From contig OY740795.1 in assembly GCA_963514005.1 (NCBI GenBank), positions 4,960,001 through 5,024,000 on the forward strand: a stretch of DNA of 64,000 nt, given 5' to 3'. Below the pieces are notes generated by a model. It worked only from the letters and a program-made list of their open reading frames with translations. It was not told the DNA's origin and searched no databases. Positions 34,886 to 49,344 of the stretch are shown here, piece by piece; the first letter of the stretch is position 1, and every line of letters begins with the position of its first letter. The stretch comes from Raja brachyura. Lineage: Eukaryota. The translations under genes and the position numbers were made by a program.

Positions 34886-36632
34886 ATACTTTGGGTGTGT
34901 TTCGTATATTTTAGGTTTGTTTATTCCTGATACCAGCTTAGCGGATTCCCGCATTCATCAGCCGAGTTCTAATGAGTTTGGTGTGAGCATTCAGAAGACG
35001 CCGCATTATCAGTCTTTGGGTAATGTTGAATGTGAAAGCGGCCCTGCAAATAAATAAAAAGGGCGGGATTTCAAGCAAATGTCTGTCGGGTTCCATCTTC
35101 AGTTCCCGCTTGTTTTATTGACCACCTGTAGTACACTGCCGACCGCAACATTTGAAGTCGGGTTTACCCCTTGCTTCATATAGAAGGAAGCTCTCGATAT
35201 CTTTCAGGAAGTAAAACTACGGGATGAGTCACTGAGTACAATTAAACCGCAGGTTGACAGGTGGGCTGAGTGGGCGGAGGAGTTGATGTCATGGTGTCTT
35301 GGCTTGCCATCTGCATTGTGATGAAAGTTCAAAACCATAAGGATTTTTTTTGGGCAGAAGTTTGGTAATATTAGACCAAAGATAAACACTGATTTCATTG
35401 AGGTTTTTAATCCTTGGCTCTTCAATAAACTTAAATTACACGGTAGCCGCAGAAACAATTGTAGATATGTTTACGACTGATCAATATAAATACGATGTTA
35501 CCAGCTCCCCGTACCGTCCGTCCCCTGGTCACAGTTCATACCTTCACTGGCGAAGATGTTCTAAAACAATTCTTCACATAATCGTATCGCTATGTGTGCA
35601 CGACAAGCGTACATTGAGCAAAACATCACAGCCTACTTCTACTGAGAGTGTGGGAATGTATAATGGTGAAAAAAACAGATGTCTGGTGAATTCAAAAGGT
35701 GTCCTACATCGGTTTCCCGACAGAGGATATAGCTAAATTTCCAAAAAAGGGACGTACGTCAAAAATTGGTAAGGAGTGGGGATTTAGGATAATTATAATC
35801 AGAAGTAATATAGAGTACAGTATGGGAGCAGGGGTTGACAACTCTTCGTGTTTGATGGCTTCATCCAATGATTTCAAATCGAAGGGCTGCTGAGATAGTT
35901 GGTGCGTGGCTTTTGGTTTAATAAAAAACTTCCCTGAATCCAGGAAGTCCCATTAGATTGGAAAATGGGAAGTATGACAGGATACCCAGGTTTTCTCCTA
36001 CAATGGCAACGCCTAACTGACTAGTCCAATTGATTTTGTGATCAATGTTTGCAAATTCCACGATGTTATGGTACTGAACGCAGTAAGGCAGTGCCGTCAG
36101 ATGTAGAAATTCCGCTGTTGGACTCTTTCTTTTAGAAGTGATCGTTTGTGATGCAATTTCCATCGCACGAGTTGCTTGGCATTTGTAGGTCCGTACCTGA
36201 GTTTCCATGCACTCTTACTGCAAGTTGCCCTGGACTGGTTCATTCTCCGAGGAGTGACGAATGGAATCACACATGTTGTCACATCGGCATCACCACAATA
36301 ACAGTACAGTGAACGTCGTGGAGATGGTATAGAATGTATCTAGACAACGTGAGCTCGTCACCGTCGTCAGATCAATGGACGTCTTCCTTACGACTTCATA
36401 GCACAATTTTATTGAACCTTGTGCTGTTACAACATGACCCCAATTCGGATGACCAAAATGCATTCTTCATTTAATTGCACAACTGGTTCAAATGTTCGTT
36501 ACGCAACTGACAACACAGAATCGAATCTTTTCATGGCAACGAATATACACTTAAATTGGCAAGGCAGAGACGGATATGGTCCTAATGCCAGAAAATTGGA
36601 TGTATAATTTTGTATGTGCAAAACGTTGGCAT

Positions 36633-37015
36633 CAAAACACCCTGGAAAGCCATCAAGTGGTCACAGGAGTGGAAGGCAATCTCATCTCCATTACACAGCT
36701 GCATCTGTTCACCAGATAAAAGCTGTCCAGGGTCTGAGCTTCCCAGAGGTGCACAGGTGAAGCTCAACAGACTTCGCACTGTAGTTGGGCGTTTCAATGC
36801 CAGCATGTGGAGTTGGGGGCTCCGCCAGAGCCCAGCCTCGAATGCGGAGCAGAACAACAGACGGCCAACCATGTCATTGCTGGGTGCCCGCTCTACCACC
36901 CTCCAAATAAGCTCAGGGCCTGGCAGACATTGACGCAGAAACAACAACCTGGCTGCTCATAACCAGGCTTGAAATCTAACTATTCCTTTGGTTTCTGATT
37001 CATTCGCAAGAAGAA
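36633..37015 (+). mobile_element. RTE/RTE-X LINE 3' fragment
   Basis: PGSELPRGAQVKLNRLRTVVGRFNASMWSWGL motif; GCAAGAAGAA tail; possible TSD GTTGGCAT / GTTCGCAT. Confidence 0.7.
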
Positions 37016-37956
37016 GTTCGCATGGACGCGTGGGGCTGAGGAGGTCGTCCCTGTGTTATTCGACTCTGTGACTGCATTTATAGGAACTGTGCGTGCATAG
37101 TGACACAGTGACACTCCATTCCTTGGGGAAGGCAGGACTATTCCATTCAACTGATTTTAAGTAATAATGTGTCAAGAGTAAGAGTCAATGGGGTATATTT
37201 GTCATTTGCACCTTAACAGTAAAATGTTTACGTGCTGCAGCTTAAAAAAAACATTAGCCCAAGCACACAACAATAAGAATACAATAAACAGTAATTCAAT
37301 AAATTATCAGTTATTTTTATACTATTACACCAGAGCATAATAATGCAAGCGAAAGTACAACGTGTAAATTTAAAACATTAAGAGATGGACTCATTAGTGA
37401 ATGAGAAAGCGCTCTTAAGCCATTCTTTGCCCCCCTTAGTTGCTTCCGCCCAGTTTTCTAATTTGCCATTTTTATGGTATAACATATTTCGGATCCCTGA
37501 AGTTCTGATAACATCATTAGAAAGCGGAATACAGGAAATGTTCAGAAATTTGTAGAGCAAGAGACAGAAAATCAACCGTTCATTTGCACTGTCATAGTTA
37601 TGCAGTGCAGGGCGGTCGGATTCTGGTCCAACAGGTTCTGCAAAGGCCGGGGACATACTAAAAAAAATCAGGATCATCCAAAGCTTCCTATATATTTTGC
37701 TGTTAGCTCACGTTTGGTTTGCGAGAATAGTTCCTATTCCTTCGAAGCTAGCCTTACATAAAGTAAATAAATACATTTACGTAAGACCTTTCTCGTTTGG
37801 CCAGATGTTCTTAAAAGAAACCATTTAACAGTACAGCACAGAAAACGAATCTTCGTCCGCAACATCGGTGCCGAACATGATGCCCAGTTAAACTAATCAT
37901 CTTTGCCTGAACCAATCCCATTCCCTCCAATCCCTGAGCATTCAATGACCGAATGT

Positions 37957-38095
37957 CTTCTTCTTCTTCTTTTGTATGGCGTGCACAGCTTAAAGTTGTC
38001 GGACAACTTGTTCTATTTGATCTTATTTGCAGGAGAGGTTGATTGCATTTGTCGAAACAGGGCGGGCCACGTGAAGGTTGCAATCTCCCATTCCC
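37957..38095 (-). mobile_element. ~135-bp SINE-like retroposon with (AAG)n tail, copy 2
   Basis: TSD GAC(C/T)GAATGT; reverse-complement homologue of 18290-18421. Confidence 0.75.
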
Positions 38096-40034
38096 GACTG
38101 AATGTCCACGGCCCGAACTACGTGTTCAAAACCAACCCGGAATGTTCGTGATTTCATTGTTTGCTTTTAAATTCCAACATAAGGTTGGATGGCATAATCC
38201 AATCCAACATATCAGTGGAAAGAACGATATCTATTAAGCCTTCCACTGTTCCGCAGTAAAACATAATGCATTCCTTGAGATCGCGGTGGCCATTATTGAA
38301 TAGGACTTGTGGCCTTTCTCCACGATCCTTTTAATCAGTGTAGAATTAAAACCCACCCACAGATTGAAACCCACCCACGGAGCCTAAAGAAGGGTTCCGA
38401 CACGAAACGTCGTCTGTCCCTTCCCTCTCAAGATGCCGTCTGACATGTTGAGTTTCATTAGCACTATGAATTTTGTTCAACATTCCAGCATCTGAAACTT
38501 ATATTCTCCATTTAGTTGCTCCACTGCTAAATATCTTTTAACTACTTGAATAAGTTCTACTCTCTCCACCGGGTATTCTGAGACCATATCTTGCTGCTCC
38601 CCTCTGTAATTTCTGCTACTGAGTCTGAAGAAAGATTGTGTATCGACGCGTTGTCTCCATATTTCCCTCTACGGGTCCTGGCCCACTGACTTTTGTAACA
38701 CTTCTGTCTTTTGCCGTTGAACTGGAAGTTAAATCCTCGAGTTTCGTCGTCAGATATCTCTTCCAACAATGTTACCTGGGCTCAGCTGTAATTTATTGAA
38801 AGCGACCTGGAACCAGGGCGAGAGCATTGGGGAAAACGAGACATTGAAAAGTCAGGACATATATAAGTACTCAGCAAGAGTCAACGAAGAGTTGCCAATT
38901 ATCGACCCATTCTCTGAAAAAACGTGACAGAGAATGAACATTCAAACAGATACCAGATGCTCAACACTGGAAAAATAATTTATGGCAAAAAGTAAAGGCA
39001 CTTTGCAGGACCAATGGGGCACTTTGCAGGACAAAGGGTACTTTGCAGGACAAAAGCAAATCCGCCAAAGGAAACGTCACATTCCTTTTCTCCAGAGATG
39101 CTGTCTGCCATTGTTATACATTTTGGTTTTACCATGTAGAAATTACAGCTGTGTTTATAGAGGGCACAAGAATGTTTGGGACACATGGCTTCATAGATGA
39201 TTGTAATTGCTCAGGTGTGTTTAAAATTCCTCCTTAATGCTGGTATAAGAGATCTATCAGCACCTAGTCATTCCTCGAGTCTTTCCATCATCTTTGGAAA
39301 CTTTTATTGTTGTTTATCAACATGAGGACCAAATTTGTGCCGACGAAAGTCAAATAAGCCATTATGAGACTGAGAAAAAAAAAACCTGTTAGAGACATCA
39401 GCCAAACCTTAGGCTTACCAAAATCAATTGTTTGGAAGGTCATTAAGAAGGAAGAGAGCACTGGTGAGCTTACTACCTTAACTCCTGTCCGACAAATTAA
39501 AAGCATTCTTCAGGTGTCATGAGTGGATTTATAAATGACCTCTGCCGCAGAATACTTCATGAACAGGAATACAGAGGCTACACAGCAAGATGCAAACCAC
39601 TGGTTCACCGCAAAAATAGGATGGCCAGGTTGCAGTTTGCCAAGAAGTACCAAAAAGGGCAACCACAGTTCTGGAAAAATGTCTTGTGGACAGATGAGAC
39701 GAAGATTAACTTACATCAGAGTATGGAGGAGAGAAGGAACGGCCCAAGATCCAAAGCATGCCACCTCATCTGTGAAACACGGTGGTGGGGGCGTTATGGC
39801 CTGGGCATGTACAGCTGCTGAAGGCACTGGCTCACTTATCCTCGTTGATGATACAACTGCTGATGGTAGTAGCATAATGAATTTTGATTTGCGTGGACAG
39901 GTCCGATTTGCTCAATTTCAAACAAATGCGTCAAAACTCATTGGCCGGCGGTTTATTCTACAGCAAGCTAATGACCCCACACAAATTGCTAATAACAAAG
40001 GAGCTTATCAAAGCTATAAAAAGGTCAATTCTTG

Positions 40035-41570
40035 ACAATAGACAATATATAATAGGTGCAGGAGTAGGCCATTCGACCCTTCGAGCCAGCACCGCCATTC
40101 AATGTGATCATGGCTGATTATTCCCAATCAGTACCCCGTTCCTGCCTTCTCCCCACATCCCCTGACTCCGCAATCTCTTGAAAGTATCCAGAGAACCGGC
40201 CTCCACCGCTCTCTAAGGGCAGAAAATTCCACAGGTTCACAACTCTCTGTGAGAAATGTGTTTCCTCGTCTCTGTTCTAAATTGTTTACTCCTTATTCTT
40301 AAACGGTGGCCCGTGGTTCTGGTCTCCCCAAACATCGGGAACATGTTTCCTGCTTCTAGCGTGTCCAAACCCTCAACAATCTTATATGTTTCAATAAGAT
40401 CCCCTCTTATCCTTCTAAACTCCAGAGTGTACAAGCCCAGCCGCTCCATTCTCTCAGCATATGACAGTCCCGCCATCATGGGAATTTACCTTGTAAACCT
40501 ATGCAGCACTCCCTCAATAGCAAGAATGTCCGTCCTCAAATTAGGGGACCAAAAGTGCACACAATATTCCAGCTGTGGTCTCACTTGGGCCCTGTACATC
40601 TGCAGAAGGACATATTTGCTCCCTTGCTCGATATCTCTTGTTATAAAGGCCTACATGCCATTCGCTTTCTTCACTGCCTGCTGTACCTGCATGCTTCATT
40701 TCATAGACTGGTGAAATGATCCCAGATTCTGTTGTACTTCCCCTTTTCCCAACTTGACGCCATTTAGATAGGAATCTGCCTTCCTGTTTTTGATACCAAA
40801 GGGGATAACCTCATATTCATCCACATTAAACTTCATCTGTCATGCATCTGCCCACTCCCCCAACCTGTCCAAGTCACCCTGCATTCGCATAGCATCTTCG
40901 TCACATTTCACACTGTCACCCAGCTTTGTGTCGTCTGCAAATTTGCAAATGTTACTTTGAATCCCTTCATCCAAATCATTGATGTATATTGTAAATAGCT
41001 GCAGTCCTAGCACCGAGCCTTGCGGTACCAGAGTCGCTGCCTGCCAATCTGAAAGCGACCCGTTCATTGCTACTCTTTGTTTCCTGTCTGCCAACCACTT
41101 CTCCATCCATGCCAGCACTCTACCCCCAATACCATTTGCGCTAATTTTGCCCACTAATCTCCTGTGTTGGATCTTATCAAATGCATTCTGAAAGTCCAGG
41201 TACACTACATCCACTGGCCCTCCCTTGTCCATTTTCCCAGTTACATCCTCAAAAATTCCAGAAGATTAGTCAAGCATGATTTCCACTTTGTAATTCCATG
41301 CTGACTCGGACCGATCCTCTTACTGCTATCTAAATGTGCGGCAATTTCATCTTTTATTATTGACTCCAGCATCTTCCCCACCACCTATGTCAGGCAAACT
41401 GGTCCATAATACCCTGCTTTCTCTCTCCCGCCTTTCTTCAAAAGTGGGATAACATTAGCTACACTCCAATCCACAGGAACTGATCCAGAGTCGAAAGATC
41501 ACTGGGAAATTATCACCAATGTATCCACGATTTCTAGAGCCACATCCTTCAGTACCCTGGGATGCAGACC
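40035..41570 (-). mobile_element. CR1-clade LINE inserted into the Tc1 element
   Basis: [31 protein letters not shown]; tail ACAATAGACAAT at ~40035. Confidence 0.9.
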
Positions 41571-41624
41571 AACCCCAGCACTTCTGTCTACCTTCGATTT
41601 TCCAGCATCTGCAGTTCCTTCTTG

Positions 41625-42630
41625 AAAATTTAAACTCCTTACTGAACCGCACGTCAAGAAGCTTGGCGTGATATTTGACTCCACATTAAAGTTTGACAAA
41701 CAAGTCAATGCTGTGGTAAAAACTAGCTTCTTCCAGCTTCGCACGATAGCTAGAATTAAACCATTCCTCCAATTCGACGACCTTGAAAAGATCATCCACG
41801 CATTTATCTCCTCCCGCATTGACTACTGCAACTCCCTATACACTGACATCAGCCAATCAACCCTAATTGGTCCAAACATCGCAGCGAGACTTCTGACAGG
41901 TACCAGTAAAAGGGACCATATCACCCCGATTCTGGCCTCTCTCCACCAGCTCCCAGTACGTTACAGAATCAATTTAAAGCTCCTCATACATGTATACAAC
42001 GCCCTTAATGGCTTAACCCCACCTATATCAAAAATCTGCCAACCCACCATTCTACCTCCAGGTCCATCAGGTCGGCCGACTTGGGGCTACTGACTATCCC
42101 GCGGTCCAGGTTTAACCTCAGGGGTGACCGCGCTCTTGCGGTTGCAGCAACTAGACTGTGGAGCAACATTCCTCTTCTCATCAGAACTGATCCCTCCGTA
42201 GAGTCCTTTAAGTCTAGACTTGAACCTATTTCTACTCAGAAGCGTTTCTTGAGGTNNNNNNNNNNNNNNNNNNNNNNNNNNNNNNNNNNNNNNNNNNNNN
42301 NNNNNNNNNNNNNNNNNNNNNNNNNNNNNNNNNNNNNNNNNNNNNNNNNNNNNNNNNNNNNNNNNNNNNNNNNNNNNNNNNNNNNNNNNNNNNNNNNNNN
42401 NNNNNNNNNNNNNNNNNNNNNNNNNNNNNNNNNNNNNNNNNNNNNNNNNNNNNNNNNNNNNNNNNNNNNNNNNNNNNNNNNNNNNNNNNNNNNNNNNNNN
42501 NNNNNNNNNNNNNNNNNNNNNNNCATTGGATGTTACACGTTAGTACCTGCGCTGATGCAAAGCATTTTAATCAACGAGAGTTGTTTTCAAATGTGGTACA
42601 GAAATAAAATTGACTTGACTTGACCTGATT
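41625..42630 (+). mobile_element. L2-clade LINE 3' fragment spanning the gap
   Basis: LGVIFDSTLKFDKQVNAVVKTSFFQLRTIARIK...HAFISSRIDYCNSL...RDHITPILASLH; (TTGAC)n tail after the gap. Confidence 0.8.
42256..42523. other. Assembly gap
   Basis: Run of N. Confidence 1.
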
Positions 42631-44431
42631 TGATTATGGTGCCCTGAAATGGAGGGACTATGTAATTTGTACATGGTGAAACCAAAATGTATAAAATCTG
42701 ACATTGTGCACTTTAACCACATGTGATTTTTTCTATTGTAAATCTCGATTGTGTACTACAGAGGCAAATAATTAAATGATGGGTCTTTGTCCCAAACATT
42801 ATGCAGGGCACTGTATATCAATGGCCGACTATTCATGCCCGACTATTTTAATTACATTCTCTGATAGGTGCCACACACTGACTAATGCGTGGATGACGGA
42901 TGGATGCATTCATGGATTTTAGATGAAGATTTGGAATTTTTTTAATGGCATATCGATCAAGAAAATTGTCGATATTCGAAAAAAACAGAAAGATAAATTA
43001 GAAACCGGCTCACCGACAGAACGGAATAGTGAACTGGGAAGTCTCTGACTGGAAGGTGAATGGAGCTCAGTAGCTGGGCTCTTGGAGCTGTAAGAAACAG
43101 CGCGAAAACAGGCCCTTCCGTACCCACTCCCACACTCCAATTATTTCAGAAAAGCCAATTATTTCAGAAAACTCCAAATCTTTTAAGCAACGCCCGTTGT
43201 CGGGATCGAACTCGGGGCTCCGGCGCTGTAAGGCAGCAACTCTACCGCTGCGCCAGCGTGCTGACAAGCGGTAGAGTTGGATTTAGATACACTAGTTACA
43301 ATTAAGAAGATTGCAAGTTATGTTAAGTGTGATTTAGTCGATGATGTGTAAAAAAGGGTTCCAGACAATCGGAGGATTTTTGAGAATAAAATCAACTCAG
43401 GGAAATCTGCATTTCCTTCCTAAACAAAAGGTTTTCTCTTTTCAACGGCTGGTCTGTCATGATGAAGCAGGATTTGTTTCCACTCCATTTTGTGTTACCG
43501 TGCGTGCGTGCGTGCGTGTCTCTGTCCGCGTGTGCATGCGTGTATGTGTTAGGTGGTCGGTGTTGGTTGCTGGGTGCTGGGGTGTGAGGTGACAGGTCAG
43601 GTATGTCCGTGAACCCCATCTGTAATGCAGATGGGAAGAAGGTCTCGGGGGCTGCGGGATACTTTGTGACGGGATGCGTTTGAAATGCTGTTTATTTTGG
43701 ACTTGAGTGGGCTTCCGTGAAGAGTAGACTTGGGCCACATAGGAGTCCATGCGCTAGCTATAAATGAGAAACACCATGGATCCTGAAGCCTATATTCACA
43801 ATTTTAAGGCTCTTCAAAATGATTAACCATCATTATAATTAATTTTAATTGCTCTAATCTACACTGCCTCAGAACAATACATTTTAAAATCATTGTTTCA
43901 ATCTTTTCCGAAACCATTGCAAGCAGCCATGCCTTTAATAAATGGTGTTTTAGTAATACCTGAAACATGTACCCCTGCGCATCTGCATTCTTAACTAATC
44001 TCTGTAATAAGGTATATGACGCAGTTTCATAACGCAACAAATAGTGATAATGATTAATGTCACCAATTCAATATCTACTGGATTTATAGCATACTACAGA
44101 AATAAAATTGAGTTAGAGCCATTCTGGCAATTTCAAATAACTATTGATGAGAAACAGTCAATCGATTTTGTTGTTTCCCATTGCAAAAAATAAAACGCGG
44201 GGTCTGCCCCGATGCCACTTTAGAGTAAAGTTTCGTCTAACAACGGAACTAAAACAAGGAAATAGCTCATTCACGGAAAGTAATTGGTGGGTTCATTTCA
44301 GAAATTGACAATACTCAGCTGCTCATCTTACTCATTACCCAGAAGAGGCTCCACAATTCATGATCTCGCCGCCTACGTAGAATAAAGTGCTGAAACAAAG
44401 TTATTTCCAACGTTATTCAACCTTCAGACCT

Positions 44432-46610
44432 TCACAACTTCACCCAAGGAGTTGTGAATGTGTGGAATTCTCTGCCACAGAAGGCAGTGGGGGTCAATTT
44501 ACTGGATGAATTTAAAAGAGAGTTAGATAGAGCTCCTAGGCCTAGCGGAATCAGGAGACATGGTTGTGGATGATCAGCCATGATCACAATGAATGACGGT
44601 GCTGGCACGACAGACGGAATGGCCTCCTCCTGCACCTGTTTTCTATGTTACTATGTTTCTATGTTTCACGTATCGCTTCGTTTGAAGTAATCAAACTTTA
44701 ATCTCTTTAGGAAGTATGCATTCTAAATTATATTTGAGATAGGAAGGACAGACTCCAAAACATACGGGTACTGGAAATTAGAAGAATGACAAAGGGCAAA
44801 GGGCAAAGGACATTTATTGTCACATACACCCATTGGTGCAGGAAAATTTGAGTTACAATGCAGCACACAAATAAGATAAACACAACACTATATAACTTAA
44901 CATAAAACATAAAACATTCCCTCGCAGAGGAACTAACGTTTCCCACTGAGAGGGAAGGCAACAAAGTTCAGTCCTCTTCCTCTTGTTCATCCGTGGCCGA
45001 TTGAGGCCTCTGCCTTAAATATATGCACTGACTTTGCCTCCACAGCCGTCTGTGGCAAATAATTCACAGCTTCACTACTCTGTGACCAAAAGGAATTCCT
45101 CCTTATCTCCTTCATCAAAGAACGTCCTTTAATTATGAGGCTAGGACCTCTCGTCCTAGGCTCTCTCAGTAGTGGAAACATCCCCTTCTCACCCATTCTA
45201 TCCAAGCCTTTCCTTATCTGTACGTTTCAATGAGGATCCCCTTCTTCTTCTGAACTCCAGGGAATCTAGGCCCAATGCCATCAAACGCTAATCAAATATT
45301 AACCTACTAATTCTTGGAATAATTTCTGTAGGCATCCTCTGGACCATCTGCAGAGCCAGCACAACCTGAGATACGGTGCCCAAAATAGATCACATTATTC
45401 CAAATGTGGCCTGACCAGCGCCTTATAGAACCTCAGCATTACACACCTGTTTTTGTATATCAGTCCTCTCGAAATAAATGCTAGCATTTGGTTTGCTTTC
45501 TTTGCTACTAATTCGATTTGCGGATTAACATTTTGGAAACGTGCACCGTCATTCCAAGTCGATTTGCACCTACGATTTCTGGATTCTCTCTCTATTTAGA
45601 AAATAACCCACGCCTTTATTCCTACTACCAAAATGCAGGACTCCATAATTTGCTACATTATATTCCATCTGCCACTTCTGCCACTCTCCCAAACTATCAA
45701 GTCCTTCTGCAGAATTACTTATTTTTGTACACTACAATGCCCCTCCACCTATTTTCGAATTATCCGCAAAAATGGCCTAAAATCCTTCAATCCCCTCATT
45801 CAAGTAATTGAAATATAACGTGAAGAACAGCGGCACCAACTTCGAGTCCTGCGGAGCCCCGCTAGTCACTGGCAGCCAATCAGAAAAATCACCATTTATT
45901 GCCACCCTTTGCCTTCTGCCACCCACCCGCACAATCAAAGTATATGCCCTTTGATACCATGGGCTCTCATCTTCCTCATCAGCCTCCCATGTGGCACCGT
46001 ATCAAGGGCTTTCTGAAAATCCTGCTATACAACGGCTACTGACTCTCCTTTATCTATTAATAGACAATAGACAATAGGTGCCATTCGACCCTTCGAGCCA
46101 ACACCGCCATTCAATGTGATCATGGCTGATCATCCCCATTCAGTATCCCATTGCTGCCTTCTCCCCGTATCCCCTGACTCCACTATTTTTAAGAGCCCAA
46201 TCGAGCTCTCCCGTGAAAACATCCAGTGAACCTGCCTCCATCGCCCTCTGAGGCAGAGAAATCCACAGACTCACCACTCTCTATGAGAAAAAGTGTTTCA
46301 TCGTCTCCGTTCTAAATGGCTTACTCCTTATTCTTAAACCGTGGCCCCTGGTTCTGGACTCCCCCAACATCGGGAACATGTTTCCTGCCTCTAGCGTGTC
46401 CAAACCCTTAACAATCATATGTTTCAATGACAGATCCCCTCTCATCCTTCTAAACTCCAGAGTGTACAAGCCCAGCTGCTCCATTCTCTCAGGATATGAC
46501 AGTCCCGCCATCCCGGGAATTAACCTTGTAAACCTACGCTGCAATCCCTTAATAACAAGAATGTCCTTCCTCAAATTAGGGGATCAAAACTGCACACAAT
46601 ACTCACACAA
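44432..46610. mobile_element. Cluster of CR1 fragments in both orientations
   Basis: RT C-terminal and 3' UTR motifs, e.g. QRRFTRLIPGMAGLSY at 46281-46574. Confidence 0.8.
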
Positions 46611-47955
46611 TGTTATTCCTTTATTAAATAATGCCAATTCCGGTAATTTCATGGTAAACAGCGGAGCATAGAACAATTTTGAAGATTAATTTACTGTCTA
46701 CAGTTCTTGTGCCCGTCTCATAAGACGTCTGATCAATCCAATAACAGTAAAACCTATTGGGAAATAAACAGTCCAAGCAAAATGTGCTACACAATCTTTC
46801 AATTAGCGACTTTTGCGTTTTAACTATCACGCCCCAGATCGCGATGAGGCAAGACGGCCAGGTGGCAGAATTTGCTTGTGTTCAATTATGGGTCAACAAT
46901 CACCATTCATACAGCTGGGCGGTATTTTGCTAGAAACTAAAATAAGATAATCTATTAGGTACAGCATATTAAACCGTTAATGTTTTTTAATGATTCATAT
47001 TAAAGTAGTTGTTAACAACTCTTGCTGTCCATTTACCAACCCATCACGTAGCATTTGAATTGTTGCATCTATGGTATTTGCATTTTTTTCAGAAGTAGTT
47101 ATTTTATATTCTTAGTTCCTGCAGGCACAAAACTATGATTATGTAAATCTGGGGCTACCCCACCCCGTATCAAGCAGTTTCATATCACAGCTGAAATCAA
47201 CCTAACATTGTTGAACCATGCAAGTCTGAGGTGGAGCAGGAAACATCAAAATGTGCAAGATATTGATAAGAAAGGCAACATCTCCCAGTGGTTCGTTGTG
47301 ATTAATAATTGTTTAATAAATACATACTTTCAGCAGCATTTCATGAGGCTAAGAATTGGTTCTAAAATGTTGTGGTACAAACATGTAAGCTCGGTGAATA
47401 CATTTCAATGTTGTTAACAGCAACAGGTGCACAGGTTGCGCACAAAATTTACCGGTTCTTACGTTTTATTAATAGGCGCCGAATAGAAAGAATGGAGATT
47501 TTTTTATCAAACCTTAATGCTAATCACATCACGTATATCCCACACAACTGAAATTCTGCCGTGAGTAACGAACACTGCGGACCGCTTCTTTCACTACCTT
47601 ATACGTTTTGTCCTAATTGTGTTTGCACTAATGTCGTGTGTTTTTGCCGCCTTTCCTCTTTCAGTCTTTGAGATTTTTGAAACTTTCGTGGAACATGTAT
47701 GGTTTCACATGTTTGTCTGAGACCATTTGCCCGTGATACTGCCGCGAGCAATGTTTTGATTGTACCCATACCTTACCGTGCTTAACCGTATAAGAATAAA
47801 CTGCATGTAACGTGAGGGTGATGCTGCTGTGCGTCACAGTACGGTTGATAATAGATGTGACTTAACTTGACTTGAAGGGAATGCTAAGCATCGCCATGAA
47901 AACATAATCAACGCATGAAAAATAATTATTGGAACTGTGCCTCACTATTTTTTGT

Positions 47956-49120
47956 AATCCTGTCATGCCACACCCCTTTTTGAAAAGCTTCGTACGGGCC
48001 TGGTCAAATCATTAACATGCAGCGTGTAGAGTAGTGGCCCCAGCTCCGACCCCTACAGAACTCCACTGGTCACTGGCAGCCAATCAGAAAAATCCCTCTT
48101 CGTTGCCACTCGGGACACATTCAGACACGAGACAGACCAGCCACGTAATTCATTCATTTCTTAATTCATGTTCCGATAGCATAAGCTCTTCCATGCATTG
48201 AATAGCCTTTATACCAATGCAAAAAAAAAAATTGCATTGCATCGCTCAAGCCTTCACGAGATATTGGGTGATCTGAACTTGGCCTCAGCACTTTCCTGTC
48301 TGATCACCAGAGTGTTTGAGACTGATTTGATGAAGGACTGAGTGGTGCTGAGATTGTTCAGCAGTCTATAACAGCGACGAACGAGGCATTTAATAGAAGT
48401 GTTCAGTTACATGGTATTTTGATTGAACAGTTAAACAAAAACAGATTTCATTGGCAAAAGAGTTTGATGCCAAAGTACTCAGATTTAAATAAATGGCAAT
48501 AAAGCCAATTGTACTGTAAATTCCTTTTTACGTTTCTCTGCGATTGGAGTGTGGCTGAAAGCATTTCAATGATAATAGTCAATTGAGATGCACTTAAAAA
48601 GGAAATGTTTGCTAAACTGTGGGAAAGGAAAATTAACATTTAATGGAATCTTTAGACATCTGCCAGAGGCACAAAAGGCAGATTGCCCATTACATATGTC
48701 TATGATAAATCGTGACCAATAGATTTAGTTTAGTTTAGTTTATTGTCAAATGTACCAAGGTACAGCGAAAAGGTTTTGTTGCGTGCTAACCAGTCAGCAG
48801 AAAATACGATCGGGATACCAATAATTGTTCTCAAGACGATTTGTGTTTTTTTACATTGGTATAAAGGCTATTCATTTCATGGAAGAGCTTATGCTGTTTG
48901 AAATATGAATTAAGAAATGAATGAATTACGTGGCTAGTCTGTTTCGTATCGGAATGTGTCCCGATTGGCAATGAAGAGGGCTTTTTTATGATTGGCTGCC
49001 ACTGACCAGCGGAGTTCCGTAGGGGTCGGGGCTGGGGCCACTACTCTACACGCTGCATGTTAATGATTTGGACCAGGCCCGTACGAAGCTTTTCAAAAAG
49101 GGGTGTGGCATGACAGGATT
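47956..49120. repeat. Inverted duplication, ~270-bp arms (47956-48227 and 48846-49120), ~620-bp spacer
   Basis: Arms are reverse complements: outer 47 bp identical, inner part ~90% by eye. Confidence 0.92.
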
Positions 49121-49344
49121 GCAAACATTTTAAAGTGAAATGATGTGCGCGCTGCGCACACCACGAGCGCGAAGCGTGAAGTCCCTCGATGCCGGCGTCC
49201 AGGGCCCGCTTAAGGGCCCTGGAAGCTCTGGGGTTTTAGATGCTCTTTAATGAAGGGCTCATTAATGAGCCTTATTTTGAGGGCTCCTTAATGAGCCTTA
49301 TTTTGGAGCATTTTGCACCACATTTATGAGCAATATTTCAGAAA

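Larger units (their letters stand above)
39100..42813 (+). mobile_element. Degenerate Tc1/mariner transposon, interrupted by CR1, L2 and a gap
   Basis: Transposase remnants ARCKPLV..KNRMARLQFAKKY...WKNVLWTDETKINL, SVKHGGGGVMAWAC, FILQQANDP (39320-40030). Right end ...GGGCACTG|TA at 42813. 39113-39147 is the inverted copy of 42661-42694 (inner TIR). Confidence 0.85.

Noticed and set aside
38996-39055. Three ~20-bp repeats (GGCACTTTGCAGGAC) resembling a CRISPR-like array
   Set aside because: Eukaryotic minisatellite with no unique spacers.
48228-48720. Coding-like spacer of the inverted duplication
   Set aside because: No sustained ORF or recognisable motif; needs BLASTX.
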